Below, in pieces: positions 52,401 through 63,736 of a stretch of DNA of 64,000 nt. The notes below the pieces were generated by a model that ran no database searches, was not told the DNA's origin, and saw only the letters and a list, made by a program, of their open reading frames with translations. Source of the DNA: Schmidtea polychroa (taxonomy: Eukaryota); contig CM097885.1 of assembly GCA_044892525.1 (NCBI GenBank), forward strand, positions 147,064,001 to 147,128,000, read 5' to 3'. Position numbers and translations under genes: made by a program. Positions within the stretch are counted from its first letter, which is position 1; each line of letters opens with the position of its first letter.

Positions 52401-52805
52401 AAATTTTTTTTTTATTAGCGAAAAAAGTTTACCAAATAACAACTGAACTGATTGAAAACTGAATAGAACTGGTAGACTTTTAAAATAATTTTTTTTAGCA
52501 TTAATTTTTTTAATCGAAATAACTAAACCGAATATAGCAGGCCGTTTCAAAATAAATTTATGCATGTATAATTTATTTTGTTTTGCGAAATAATTAAACA
52601 ATTCTTAAACACTTCGAAAACTAGTAGGCCAGTAGTTTTTCAAGGAAATTTTATTTAAAAAAAAAAAAAAATTATTAAAAAAAAATTTGTTAATGGTTTT
52701 TTTGTTAAATATTAAAAAGAAACTAAAATTCTAAATTTTTTAGCGCCCTTTCCGAGAGGCGCCCCGATGCTTTGCATCCACCGCTTCCAACTAAAGCCGG
52801 CCCTG
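49403..52805 (-). mobile_element. Near-intact hAT transposon (ZMYM1-like/DUF4371-type)
   Basis: TIRs CAGCGCCGGCTCTAG / CTAAAGCCGGCCCTG; exact 8-bp TSD TGTACAAG; subterminal GCGCCCCGATGC at both ends. Confidence 0.93.
49672..52196 (-). CDS. hAT transposase (~840 aa) with a single frameshift near 50720
   Basis: TTF-type finger (WLVYS...FCFCCKLF), LILDCTPDISHNEQ, GQGYDNGANM, PCAAHTLNL, ATRWESR, LPVSVASGERSFSKLKLIKNYLRS; two overlapping ORFs joined by one indel. Confidence 0.9.
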
Positions 52806-53959
52806 TGTACAAGTAAGGACTAAGGAAGAAAATTGAAAAAATGTTTAATTATTATGTTAATAAAGTTTTAACCAATATACTCACTAAGTTTTATTTTTTT
52901 AATTTTAACTAAGTGTCTGTTTTTATTAGAAAAAAACTGATGGTAAATTTCTTTTTCCAGAATAACTTTTTATAACATGCAGTATTAAATATGGAGAAGG
53001 GTTGCAAATTGTTAAATTCATTGCAAATTGTTAAATTCGTTGCTACTAGTAACTATCAGTAAAATTGCCAAATAGATAAAGTAGCTGTAACAAACAATGA
53101 CGAAGAGGTTTAATTTTGAAAAAAAACAAAGTTTATAATATAGACATAATATGATACTATGAATTTATTAATATTAATAATATATAGAGAATCATTAACA
53201 TCTATTCATATTTTATTAATTTTTATTGTGAATTAATAAAATATTTAATTCTATATTTATTGATTTTAGTTAAATAGAATAAAAACAAAACACTGATTTA
53301 TTTTCCACAGATATAATGTTTTAGTTTAAAATCTTTATACTAAATAACACACAAACATGCATATAATGTAAAAACATAAAACTTCACAAATACAGCAAGT
53401 ATTATTGAAAATCTATATTTAGTAAAATAAATAAAATGTCAAAAATGTTATTCATAAATATCAAAAATATGTAAAATCTATTGCAAAAATCAAAAAAAAA
53501 TAAGTGTACACAAATGAAGTTCTCAGATAAATAGCCGCAAATGTTCTATTAAAATTTTACTTTATGAAGGCAGTGCCGAAAATTCGTGAGTATCAAAAAA
53601 CATCGATATAATTCTGATTTATAGTCTTCAAGTTCTCTTTTTACTAAATTTAATTGTAACGTTTAAAATTTTCCATTTACTTACCGGAATTCGAACTTGG
53701 CTATTATTAAAGAAAATCATTTTATACACAAGAGCACATAATTTTTATTTATTAATTCTCAATTTTTAAAATTTTCCACATTACCATATTTTTGAATTTT
53801 TCATTATTTTCCTTAGAATAATTATGAATTCAATGAGTTTGTGATTGCATGCAATGTAAATGAAATTTGAAATGTCTTATACATGGTAAGGCTAAATGAT
53901 TCCTTGACTCTCAAAAAATAATAAAGTTAGTGGAACCAAATCCTTTATTATCATCAATA

Positions 53960-54030
53960 CAGGTGTAGAATTTACTTCTTAACATAATTTCCATTAACAC
54001 CGATACACTTTCTCCAACGGCCCATCATTG
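53960..54030 (-). pseudogene. Mariner transposase C-terminal remnant
   Basis: GRWRKCIGVNGNYVK resembles the mariner end motif RWxKCxxxNGxY. Confidence 0.45.
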
Positions 54031-56965
54031 ACTTGAAAGCTTTCCTCTTTGCTACTTAACACATAATTTCCTGATTCCCAATTGATCCAGCATAACTTAT
54101 TTTGTTTTCTTGTAAACAATTAATTTCAGAGGCTAATTTACTTTAGTGATTTTTTTTATTTTTTGACAATTTCTTTCAAGTTTGCAATATTTTCATAAAT
54201 ATTTATAGTTGTCCAACTTCTTAGACGGTTAAAAACAATTTTTCCAGTTATATATTGAGAGAGCCTATTTTTCATATGTTTCTTCAATCTACCGAATAAT
54301 TTCTTTTCTTTATAATTTACTTTCTTTAATAGCAAAAATTGAATAATGCTTGGTCAATCCTGAGGTAAATTATCGCAATTCTGTGCGCGTTGTTTTGAAA
54401 TTGTATTTATCTATGTGTGCGCCCACAGATGCGGACGATGTGTTTTGAATTGCTTTTCGATTTGATAAAATTGATTCTGGGTTTTTTCATTTAATTAATT
54501 GATTTTTGTTTGAAAAGTGATTTTGATGATTTTTCAAATTGTGATTAAAAAAAAGGTTTTGAACCTTGAAAATTTATTTCAATTACTTCAAAAATTACTT
54601 TAATGGAATTAGTTAAAAAGAAATTTCTTGCAGAATAAAATGATTATATGATGAAATATGGAGCTTATTTACGGGATTTAATTGTAAAATGTGAAGATTC
54701 ACAACAATTAGAATTGGAAAGTGATAACAATCAAATAAATATTGACATAAAAGGTTTAATTGAACACTGAAACTGCGAAGACAATGAAATTCAAACTAAT
54801 GATGATATTTCAAGAAATAGCCCAGTAAAACCTGAAAAAATTGCATCTGAAACTGTATTTTCTGAAATAGAAGAGACAGGAGAAGATTTATTAAAATAGA
54901 TCAATGGATTACTGAACCAGCTAATGAAGCAGAAAAGTATTTGAAATCGATTATTAAAAATATATCAGAAACGCTACAAAACTAAATCGAAGTTCTAATT
55001 CACGACGATTTTTTAAAAATATATACATTCATTTTTAAAAATATTACTATAATTTACTTTAAATTATTTCTTAAATTTAGTTATTTACTTTTATTTACTT
55101 TAATTTAATAAATTTTAAATTATTATTTATTTCAAAATTATTTCTTATTTACTTTAATTTGTCAGACGACATTGTTTCTTAAAATTTGTTACATTAATGT
55201 AAGTTTTAAAATTACATTAACCTAATTTTAAAAACATTACTTTTATTTACTTTTTTAATTAATATGAATTATATTAATATGAACTTCTTAAAAATCAAAT
55301 ACTTATTTTAAATTATTACCCTAATTTAAAATACTTTATTTTAAATTACTAATTTAATTTAAATATAATACCATCATTTCTCAGAAGTCAGACATTTCTT
55401 AAAAAAAACTTACTATAAATTACTGTACCAAATACCCCCTCATTATAGTGCTTCAAAAACATGCAGTACTGCACAAAGGCTTTTCTTTAAGAAATTAGGC
55501 TTATTGTTTAAGAAAAATTACTTTTATTTTTAATCATTTTTTGAAAATTAAATTTTAAGGATTTTAATCGAGGCAAAAAACTCTCTGACTATAGCGTGAG
55601 TTTCAGATTGACATTCAACAAAAAATAATAATTTATAAAACTAATTTTAAAATTAAAAATAAATATTAATTGTAAAACAAATAATTAATTAAAAATGAAT
55701 ATTAAAATTAATTTATTCCATTTATAAAATTATAAAAAAAAACTACCTAATCATAACATAAATTAATTTAATTGCTTCAATAAAAAACAAAATTTTAAAT
55801 AATTTAACATCCCCAAAAGAATTTCAATCCAAATATAAAATGGGGCATAGTCCTATTAATACTCTACTTATTTAATTATATATTTTTATATATTTCTGCT
55901 TGTATTTTTTTGAATTTTAATATAAGTTTTGAAATATTTGAAAATCAGAAAAAATTTCATTTTTTGTTAATAATTAAATAAAAATAGATCAATATAATAT
56001 AAAAAACTTTTAATTTTAATAAAAGCAAATACAATTTATCATATGCTTTTCCATTTTCTTATTTCATTACTGATTAAACATTTTCATGATTTTCCTATAA
56101 TTAATTTAATAAATATTTACATTCTAATTTATGTGCTTTTTGTAGAAATGATAAATTCAATTAAATCACATTACTAAATTTTTTTATCAATTAATTCTGC
56201 TGTCTATCTTAATATAAATTATTATTTTAATTAAATGTCTCAAGACAAATCTTGAGAAACAAATTTTAAGTTACTCATTAACCAAAACTCGAAATTTGAG
56301 TAAATTATTTAAAAAAAAATGAAATTATTTAAGATATTAAAAGCTCTTTTTCGTAGAAATATTTTCAAAATTATTAAAATCCATCTAAAATTGTGATAAT
56401 AACATTAAATTTATTATTTTATAGAAATTTTTATTTAAGGTTGACAAATAATTTTATTTCTATGTTGAAAAATATAATAATGATTATACGATGAAACAAA
56501 ATGTGCATAACATAAATTCTTCTTTTAGTTACTTCATAAACTTAATTTAATTAAACAAATTTAACTTTTAATATATATCAAACTAAATGTTAAAGTAAAA
56601 CAAAGTAATTTTTAGACTATTCTATTTAGAAAAAAACTAAATAAACTGAAAAGGATTTATTGAATTCAAAAAAAAATTTATAAATATATTTTAAAGAATT
56701 TTTCTAAATAATTTCAGCTACAAATAATCACATATTAACATTGAGTGTGATCAAAATTAATATTTGCAAAAAATCCAAGAGATTAATCTAAAATTATATA
56801 GTAAAATGAAAATAATCCTTTTGAATCAACGCGAATAATTTAAATTGGAAATAAATATCTATATGAAATTTGAAAAATTATATTCTAATTCAAATTAAAG
56901 ATTTAATTTAAAATGATTTACAAAAGAGAAAAATATTTATTTAATTCTACAAGGTTTTCTCTTTC

Positions 56966-56966
<1 letters not shown>

Positions 56967-57053
<87 letters not shown>
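56967..57053 (+). repeat. (TAA)n microsatellite
   Basis: Pure TAA run. Similar runs occur at ~24405-24491 (TTA) and ~41735-41770; (TA)n at ~22221-22250 and ~40427-40470. Confidence 0.95.
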
Positions 57054-57054
<1 letters not shown>

Positions 57055-57532
57055 TGTTTACAGAAAACATTAAGACCAAGAAGCTGGTTTCCTTTATTAA
57101 CTTTAGAAATATAATCCAACACAACTGTTATCATTTCATCTGTGAAGTCATCATAATATTGTTTCAACCATTCTTTGTTTTAGTCACTGATTGATCGTAT
57201 ATTGAATTCAAAACATAATTGTTCAACACTTTTGCTAGCAACCATTTGAATTGTGTTTATCCTTTTAAGAGCTCGATTAAATAGAATATCATATCCCTTC
57301 TTTTCGGCAGTTCCATATTCTGCTTTATTATTCTTTGACATGAAACGATGAACAAAACTATTAGTGGCATTTGACTCAAAATCTAAGGTTTGAATTGTAA
57401 TTCTAAACGGAGTTCCAGCATCATATATACTATATTACATAGCACTATCTTTTGCAGCAATTATTCTGTCAATACTGGGTCTAATAGAAGTGTCATAATA
57501 TTCACCAGATGATTTAATAACATTTTCCAACG
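57055..57532 (-). pseudogene. Decayed paralogue of the 191-aa cassette protein
   Basis: MPNPKES...GYDILFNRALKRINTIQMVASKSVEQL...; two in-frame stops; upstream hairpin at 57655-57704. Confidence 0.7.
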
Positions 57533-58814
57533 ATTCTTTTGGATTCGGCATTCCAAAAATTCACCAAAATAACCCATTCAAACAAATATTCTGCCACTCT
57601 ATTAATCAAAAATTACAAACTAATTAAAATAAAAATTACCACATACCTATTGCTCGCGTCTGTGTGCGCACATCCATATTACCATAAGTCTGCACACAGA
57701 CGAGACAACACTCAACAAACAAACTGCCAGTCAGAGGTAAATGCCATTCTCCCTCTCACTGGTCGAAACAGATAGTCCTTATCAAGGACTATCTTACAGT
57801 CGAAACATTTTTCATTAAATACATTATTTGCAGCAAAAGGCTTAAATTAACATTTTATTATTTTAATTAATAAATGCTGCTACCAAGAAATCATCACTTT
57901 ATACCAGTCGTTCTCAAACTTTTTTGTTCACGACCCAAATTTTTGACATTTCATGCCAAAAATTTTATTGCGACCCACATGACAAAGATTAATTTTAAAA
58001 TAAATGTTTATTTAATGAGATGAATGTAGTTGCTTAAGTTCAAGTATTTTTGACATCCTTGGTGAATAATTTTTACTCAAACATATTCGAAGATCGTTTG
58101 AAATATTGAGTTGGTTTCTTTGCTTTGTCTTTATTTGAACCAATGAGATGGATGGATAGAAATAAAAGAACTAAAATTCCATGAAATTGAAAAGGGCTAT
58201 CTTATAGTCAAAAATTTCTTCATTTCTATTAAATATATTATTCGCAGCGAAAGTCTTAAATNNNNNNNNNNNNNNNNNNNNNNNNNNNNNNNNNNNNNNN
58301 NNNNNNNNNNNNNNNNNNNNNNNNNNNNNNNNNNNNNNNNNNNNNNNNNNNNNNNNNNNNNNNNNNNNNNNNNNNNNNNNNNNNNNNNNNNNNNNNNNNN
58401 NNNNNNNNNNNNNNNNNNNATTTAAGACTTTCGCTGCGAATAATATATTTAATAGAAATGAAGAAATTTTTGACTATAAGATAGCCCTTTTCAATTTCAT
58501 GGAATTTTAGTTCTTTTATTTTCCAAAATGCTATTTGATCTTCTCTTTTATTTAAGTTTTCTTACTTCTCATTGTGATTAATTGTCGATAATCGCGTCTG
58601 TGTGCGCTTTGAACTGGTTTATGGAGGTTTTTTTGTGTGCGCACACAGACGCGGACAATTGTGAAAATTGTCAGTTTTTTTTGATTGGATGGAATTTTAT
58701 TTTTTGTGTGTTTTTTTGCTGGATTCGAATTATTGTTGGAGTTATGTTTTCTGGAATTGTGGTTTTAAAGAATGGATTTATAATTTTGATTTGAATTTTC
58801 GGCCTTAGTGAAAT

Positions 58815-59390
58815 ATGGAAGATGATGAATGTTTGATATGTCGTTTTTCAATGGGCAATATGGCGAAGAGATGTCTTTTCATCAGTGAAACTTGTACATG
58901 TGATCGTGGCTCAGCAAGATCGTTGCAAATTATTAATAGAAGTTTTTCAAAACGATTGGAAATCAACGATTTGATTTCTGTAAATCATGAAATGACAGAA
59001 GAGGAATTCCAAGATATTATATTTCCCCAAAGGTTTAAAAATATTCGGAAATTATCTGAAACCATTTATGACATGAGCGATAAAAAGATAAACTTGCTAA
59101 CTTATGAATATGATATTCTGTTCAATCGAGCTCTTAAAAAGATCAACACAACTCCAATGTTTATTAGCCGAAGTGTTGAACAATTATCCAATGTTTCAAA
59201 TTCAATCATGGCTCAATCTCAAGTTATTGGACACGATAAATGGTTTAACAAACAATGGTTTTGTACAGATAAAGCGTGTGATATTAATTACAAAGAAATT
59301 CTTCTGATATGTCTTAGACGTAAACATGGTAGCAGAGCGTGGTTCCCTTCAGGGGGCTACGCACCAATGTTTCAGTGGATTTCAGGGTGA
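58815..59390 (+). CDS. Unknown 191-aa protein inside the 5' LTR-like segment
   Basis: Intact ATG ORF with N-terminal CxxC...CxC; the ~30-aa core YDILFNRALKKINTTPMFISRSVEQL is conserved in 57055-57532. Confidence 0.75.
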   Translation: MEDDECLICRFSMGNMAKRCLFISETCTCDRGSARSLQIINRSFSKRLEINDLISVNHEMTEEEFQDIIFPQRFKNIRKLSETIYDMSDKKINLLTYEYDILFNRALKKINTTPMFISRSVEQLSNVSNSIMAQSQVIGHDKWFNKQWFCTDKACDINYKEILLICLRRKHGSRAWFPSGGYAPMFQWISG

Positions 59391-59666
59391 TTTGAACATT
59401 TTATTTGCATGTCATTTAAATTTTATTTGCATTTATTTGAATTTCATTTGCATTTATTTGAATTTTATTTGCATTTCTGTAAAATTAATCATCCTCCCTT
59501 CCCTATCGAGCGTTGGAAAGTGCTGCTATGGGCCCCTGCACTCTTTTAAAGGAGGTCACTATGGAACAGTGTAAAGAAAAAGAAAATAAAAAGCTCAGCG
59601 TTTTTGCGAGCTACGTCAAGGGTGAGGGCGAGCGGGGTAATGGGTTTTGTGTCTCGATTGAAAAGT

Positions 59667-59901
59667 ATGAATTAAATATTTGTCAGAACTCTTAGTGGTA
59701 AGACAATTACTCTTGACGTTGAATGGAATGACACGATTGAAAAAATAAAAGGAAAAATTCAGGACAAAGAAGGAATTCGTGTAAATTATCAAATGTTAGT
59801 CTACGCAGGAAAGCAATTAGAAAATAAAAGAATATTGAAGGTAGGTAGTTCGAAGGTAGGTAGTAGGTTCGACACTTCATTTGTCACTCAGGCTGTGCGG
59901 G
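59667..59901 (+). pseudogene. Ubiquitin-like domain fused to BEL Gag
   Basis: [56 protein letters not shown]...[11 protein letters not shown], clearly ubiquitin-like. One stop and one small duplication/frameshift; the last segment is in frame with Gag. Confidence 0.88.
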
Positions 59902-62513
59902 GACAATGACGAAGAGATTTTAGAAGAAGGACTGTGGAAAAAGAGAATGAAGAAAGGAAAATTAACGAGATTGAGAAACAAGATTCTCAATGATATACAT
60001 GGGAAGGAAGTTAGCGAATGGTTGGAGGAATATGAAGATCAAAAGGAGAGTCTAGATGAAGAATTAGGGGATCTGAGAACGATCAGTAAAAAATTGCAAA
60101 GATTGGACATCACTACAATCTTAGATAAAGACCTGTAAGAGATCGAGGAAAAACATCAAATGATTGGGGCACTGATGGAAAGAAAAGCAAATCAATCTTT
60201 TATGGAAGAGAAGGAAAATGTGAATGATAATACAATCAAGAAAAATAATTCAGTGCATAAAAGAAAACTGGAAAGTCTACAGAAAATTACAATACGTCTT
60301 TGAAGGTAAGATGAAAGAGTACGAACCATTGAAAGCAGCTTTTACGGGGTGTGTTGACGAAGCGGAAGGTGATAGGTTGAAAAGATGTTTCACCTGCACA
60401 AGTACCTTCACGGAGAGCCATTGAAGTTAATTGAAAATCTAGGATATTCGGATTAGGCCTATAAAATGGCAAAAGAGAAGTTGGATAGGCGATATGGTGG
60501 GGATGAAAGGATATATTTATCAATGTTAGAGGAGATGGACAAGTTCAGGCTAATTCGAGAAGGAGATTTGAAGGATCTAGACTTATATTTGTTGGATTAT
60601 TAGAAGCAGTCGACGTTCGATTCAAATCCACTGGGAAAGAATCCGAGTTAAAAACTGGATATCTGTTTCAAAAGTGTTTGGGCAAGTTAACGACGAATCT
60701 TGTGTATAAATGGAAGAAAGACAAAATTGAAAAGGAATTGCGGAAGACAATAGAGGATTTGAGAAGATGGATACAACAAGAAGCGGAGATCCTAAGGTCC
60801 ACTAACGAGGTCGTGTATGGGACTCAACCGAGCACCAGGACTTATGATGGGCCAAGAGTAGAAGGAGTGTCTAGAGGAAGAGAAAGCCTCAATCCAGGAG
60901 GTCGGACGCATTTTACGAGGCAACCAGATGGCAGAGTTAAAAGTGGAACTGTCATACAGGCAAATAACTCTAACTTCTATAGATCAGAGTGTGTACATTG
61001 TGGTGGTCAACATTACCTAGACCAGTGTGACAAGTTCAAGCAACTCACAATTTCTAAAAGGAAGAAAGTCATCGAAGAAAAGAAACTGTGCGGGAATTGC
61101 TTCAAAAGAAATCACATGGCCAAGGAATGTTGTAAAGAATCTTTCTGCAAGGTTACCGGATGTAAGCAAAGACACGACGAATTATTAAATGAAAGACAAA
61201 TCAGTAAGGAGAGTGAAAAAGGTAACAACACGATGTTGACCCAGAAAGGGATGAACGAGAAAAACCTAAGACCTTACCTTAGTTTAAGAACAATTCCAAT
61301 CTACCTGGAAAATGGGAACAAGAAAATAAAAGTCAATGCACTGTTAGATGATGCAAGCTCAGTAAGCTACATCAATCTAAGAATTTTAAAGGAGCTTGGG
61401 TTAAAAGGGGTTGAAAAGAGGACACCGATAGGGGTTATCGGCGGTAATGTCCAACAAATGATGGCTACTCCAGTGACCATGGAGTTAATTAGTAATGACG
61501 GCCGATTGACGAAAAACTTCAACGCATTGGCCGTAAAAATTATCACAGGAGAAATGAAGGTAGTAAATTGGGCAAGAGAAAAACATAAGTGGACTCACCT
61601 GAAGGGCATCCATTTTCCGATGCTAGGCGAAAGACAGGCAGTTGAAGTGTTAATTGGCGCTGATTATTTAACGCTTCAACGAGCACTCAAAGAAATCGAT
61701 GGTAAGTTGGATGAACCGATTGCCCGTTTAGCTCCACTTGGCTGGACATGTGTTGGAAGAACCTCGGTGGGAAGAACTTGGAATCATCAAAGCAATTTCA
61801 TAAGAACGTTCTTTGGTAATTGCGATGATTTGCAAAAACAAATGGAACGATTTTGGGAGATTGATGAAAGTGGCTTAAAGGAAAATGGTAGCAGAGCGTC
61901 AATGAGGACTGTTCAGAGTTATTTTGCGGGAACTGAAATGTTAAATGACGAGTTACGTGCATTTCGGGGAATTGAGGACACGCAACTCGACGGGAGTAAG
62001 GCATCTAATGAAGAGCAAGGAGCTCAGAGTCATATAGATGGGCAAATATTCAATTCTCGAGGAACTAACGAATTAGTTAACGTTATTACAATCACACAAA
62101 GTATTCAAGGAAAAATGAATACAGGGGAAAAGCAAGATGAGGCTTGCCGGGCTGGTGAGATCATAAAATTATCTGAAGATAAAATTGTGAAACCGAAGAC
62201 AACGGAAGTGTTGAGTAATTGGGAAAAAGGCAAACCAGCATCAGAGGATCTAACGCCCGAGGCGGCAGTTAATGATATTCAGGTCGACGAAAGGGAAGTT
62301 AATCGACTAAAGGAAGAACGTGATAATGATCAAGGGGCCAAAGAAGTTTTAGATTTAACAGAAAAATTGAACGAATCATCGAACAGTTTCAAACAACAAG
62401 GATCACTGGAACTCGTTTGCACGCCTCTAAAGATGCACATGAAAGACAAGGTGCCGATTATGGAATTGAAACACGAAGCAATCAAAGAACGACTTTTTAG
62501 GATGCGCTTATAA
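59902..62513 (+). pseudogene. BEL/Pao Gag-protease polyprotein, disrupted
   Basis: KKGKLTRLRNKI N-terminus; FEGKMKEYEPLKAAF...AKEKLDRRYG; CVHCGGQHYLDQC, CGNCFKRNHMAKEC, CKVTGCKQRH; VNALLDDASS. Confidence 0.88.
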
Positions 62514-63049
62514 GAACATTAAGTGAAAACTGGTCACTAAATGAAATGCAACAGGGAAAAGTGTGGAATATCGAATTGGCGAAAAATGGAGAAAGAATAA
62601 TGGAGATATTACACCTAAACAAACTGAACAGGAGCAGCTGCTTGGACGAGTATGGCGATGGTTGGTGGAGAATCCACAATGATGTTTCAAAAAAGGTACG
62701 TGGTGCGGCGGATTATATAATACAAAGATGGGTGTGTGAGGGTTATTGGAGATTGACACCAAGGTGTCAATGGAAGGGGGATGATTAATTGTCGATTCTC
62801 GCGCCTGTGTGAGCTTTTTCCTTGGTTGATTGGAATTGTGTGCGCACACAGACGCGGACTATTGTGAATATTATTTTTAAGTTTATTTGATCGAGGTCAG
62901 AGTTTTTTGATTGTACCGGTTTTTGATTGTTAGAGTTAGTGAGTTTGGATCGATTGGAATCTTGAGTTTTCGAATTTTTTGAATTCCTGTGTTTTTTGCA
63001 AAATATATGATTAAATATAATTCTGGGTTTTTCCTCAAATAATGATTGA

Positions 63050-63488
63050 ATGTTTCTCATATTATTCGTCATGTTCCTGTTGGAAATACTACAAACGAAA
63101 CTGATAGTTCCTTTTTTATGGCTCCAAGAGATCCTGATAACTTTAATGGTGTTTTGGCCAACTAATATCAAATTTATTTGGTGGATTGCTGTCGCAGGAT
63201 TTTAGATCCGATTCGTCAGATTACATGTTTTCAGATCAAAGTTTTGACAAGTGTGTAACGAGTATTAAGAATCAATTTGAACAAAGTGGTACTCCACTAG
63301 TAAATGAGGCAGATATTGGGAAATTACCAGTCAAGAAAATCACCGCAGCTAATGATACAGGTTTCAGTTGTCTGTCAGATTATGAGGTGGCCGATGAAGT
63401 GTACGAGTTGCTCCGTCGAGAAACGCGGACGATTACTAAGACGATACTAAGAACCAAGCTTCAAATGACAATTAAACACATTGGTTAA
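63050..63488 (+). pseudogene. Unknown ORF inside the 3' LTR-like segment
   Basis: Coding-like frames NVSHIIRHVPVG...VLAN and LLSQDFRSD...KHIG separated by a frameshift; downstream of the conserved hairpin. Confidence 0.4.
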
Positions 63489-63736
63489 AAATAATAATAT
63501 CCAGAAAACTGAAGAAAACGAGAACTATAAACTACACTTAAACTTCAATGAAATCCTACACAGAAAAAAGATTTTATTAAAAAAATTTTAATTTTAAATT
63601 CTTCAGAAAAAAATAAGTTTATTATTATTTTTAACCAATGAGAAGTAAAAAGGGAAATAAAAGAAAAGATCAAATAGCATTTTGGAAAATAGAAGAAGCT
63701 GAATTCCATGAAATTGAAAAGGGTTATCTTATAGCC

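Larger units (their letters stand above)
32640..55450 (+). repeat. AT-rich dispersed repeat family (copies ~32640-33011, ~35040-35420, ~55080-55450)
   Basis: Recurrent TTAATTTCTCAGAAGACATCGTTTCTTAAAAAT unit. The first and third copies share an end ...AAATACCxCCTxATTATAGTG. Confidence 0.6.
58575..63635 (+). mobile_element. BEL/Pao-type LTR retroelement derivative (Ubl-Gag-protease; RT/RNase H/integrase core deleted)
   Basis: DUF1759-like Gag segment, three Cys/His knuckles, LLDDASSVSY protease, PLGW and ERFWEID motifs, and a KDGCVRV remnant just before PPT GGAAGGGGGA (62772-62781). Both LTR-like ends start TGATTAATTGTCGA. Right boundary uncertain. Confidence 0.75.

Noticed and set aside
476-57167. 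ORF-track entries with poly-I/N/Y/L runs (476-700, 24331-24531, 40312-40533, 56918-57124, 56964-57167)
   Set aside because: Translations of microsatellites. Only the non-repetitive start of 56964-57167 belongs to the pseudogene described above.
8027-62849. Antisense/shadow ORFs (e.g. 8518, 12069, 14909, 15545, 24821, 26947, 27323, 49904, 60287, 61798, 62508)
   Set aside because: Opposite strand of recognisable genes or TIR sequence; hydrophobic low-information translations with no motif.
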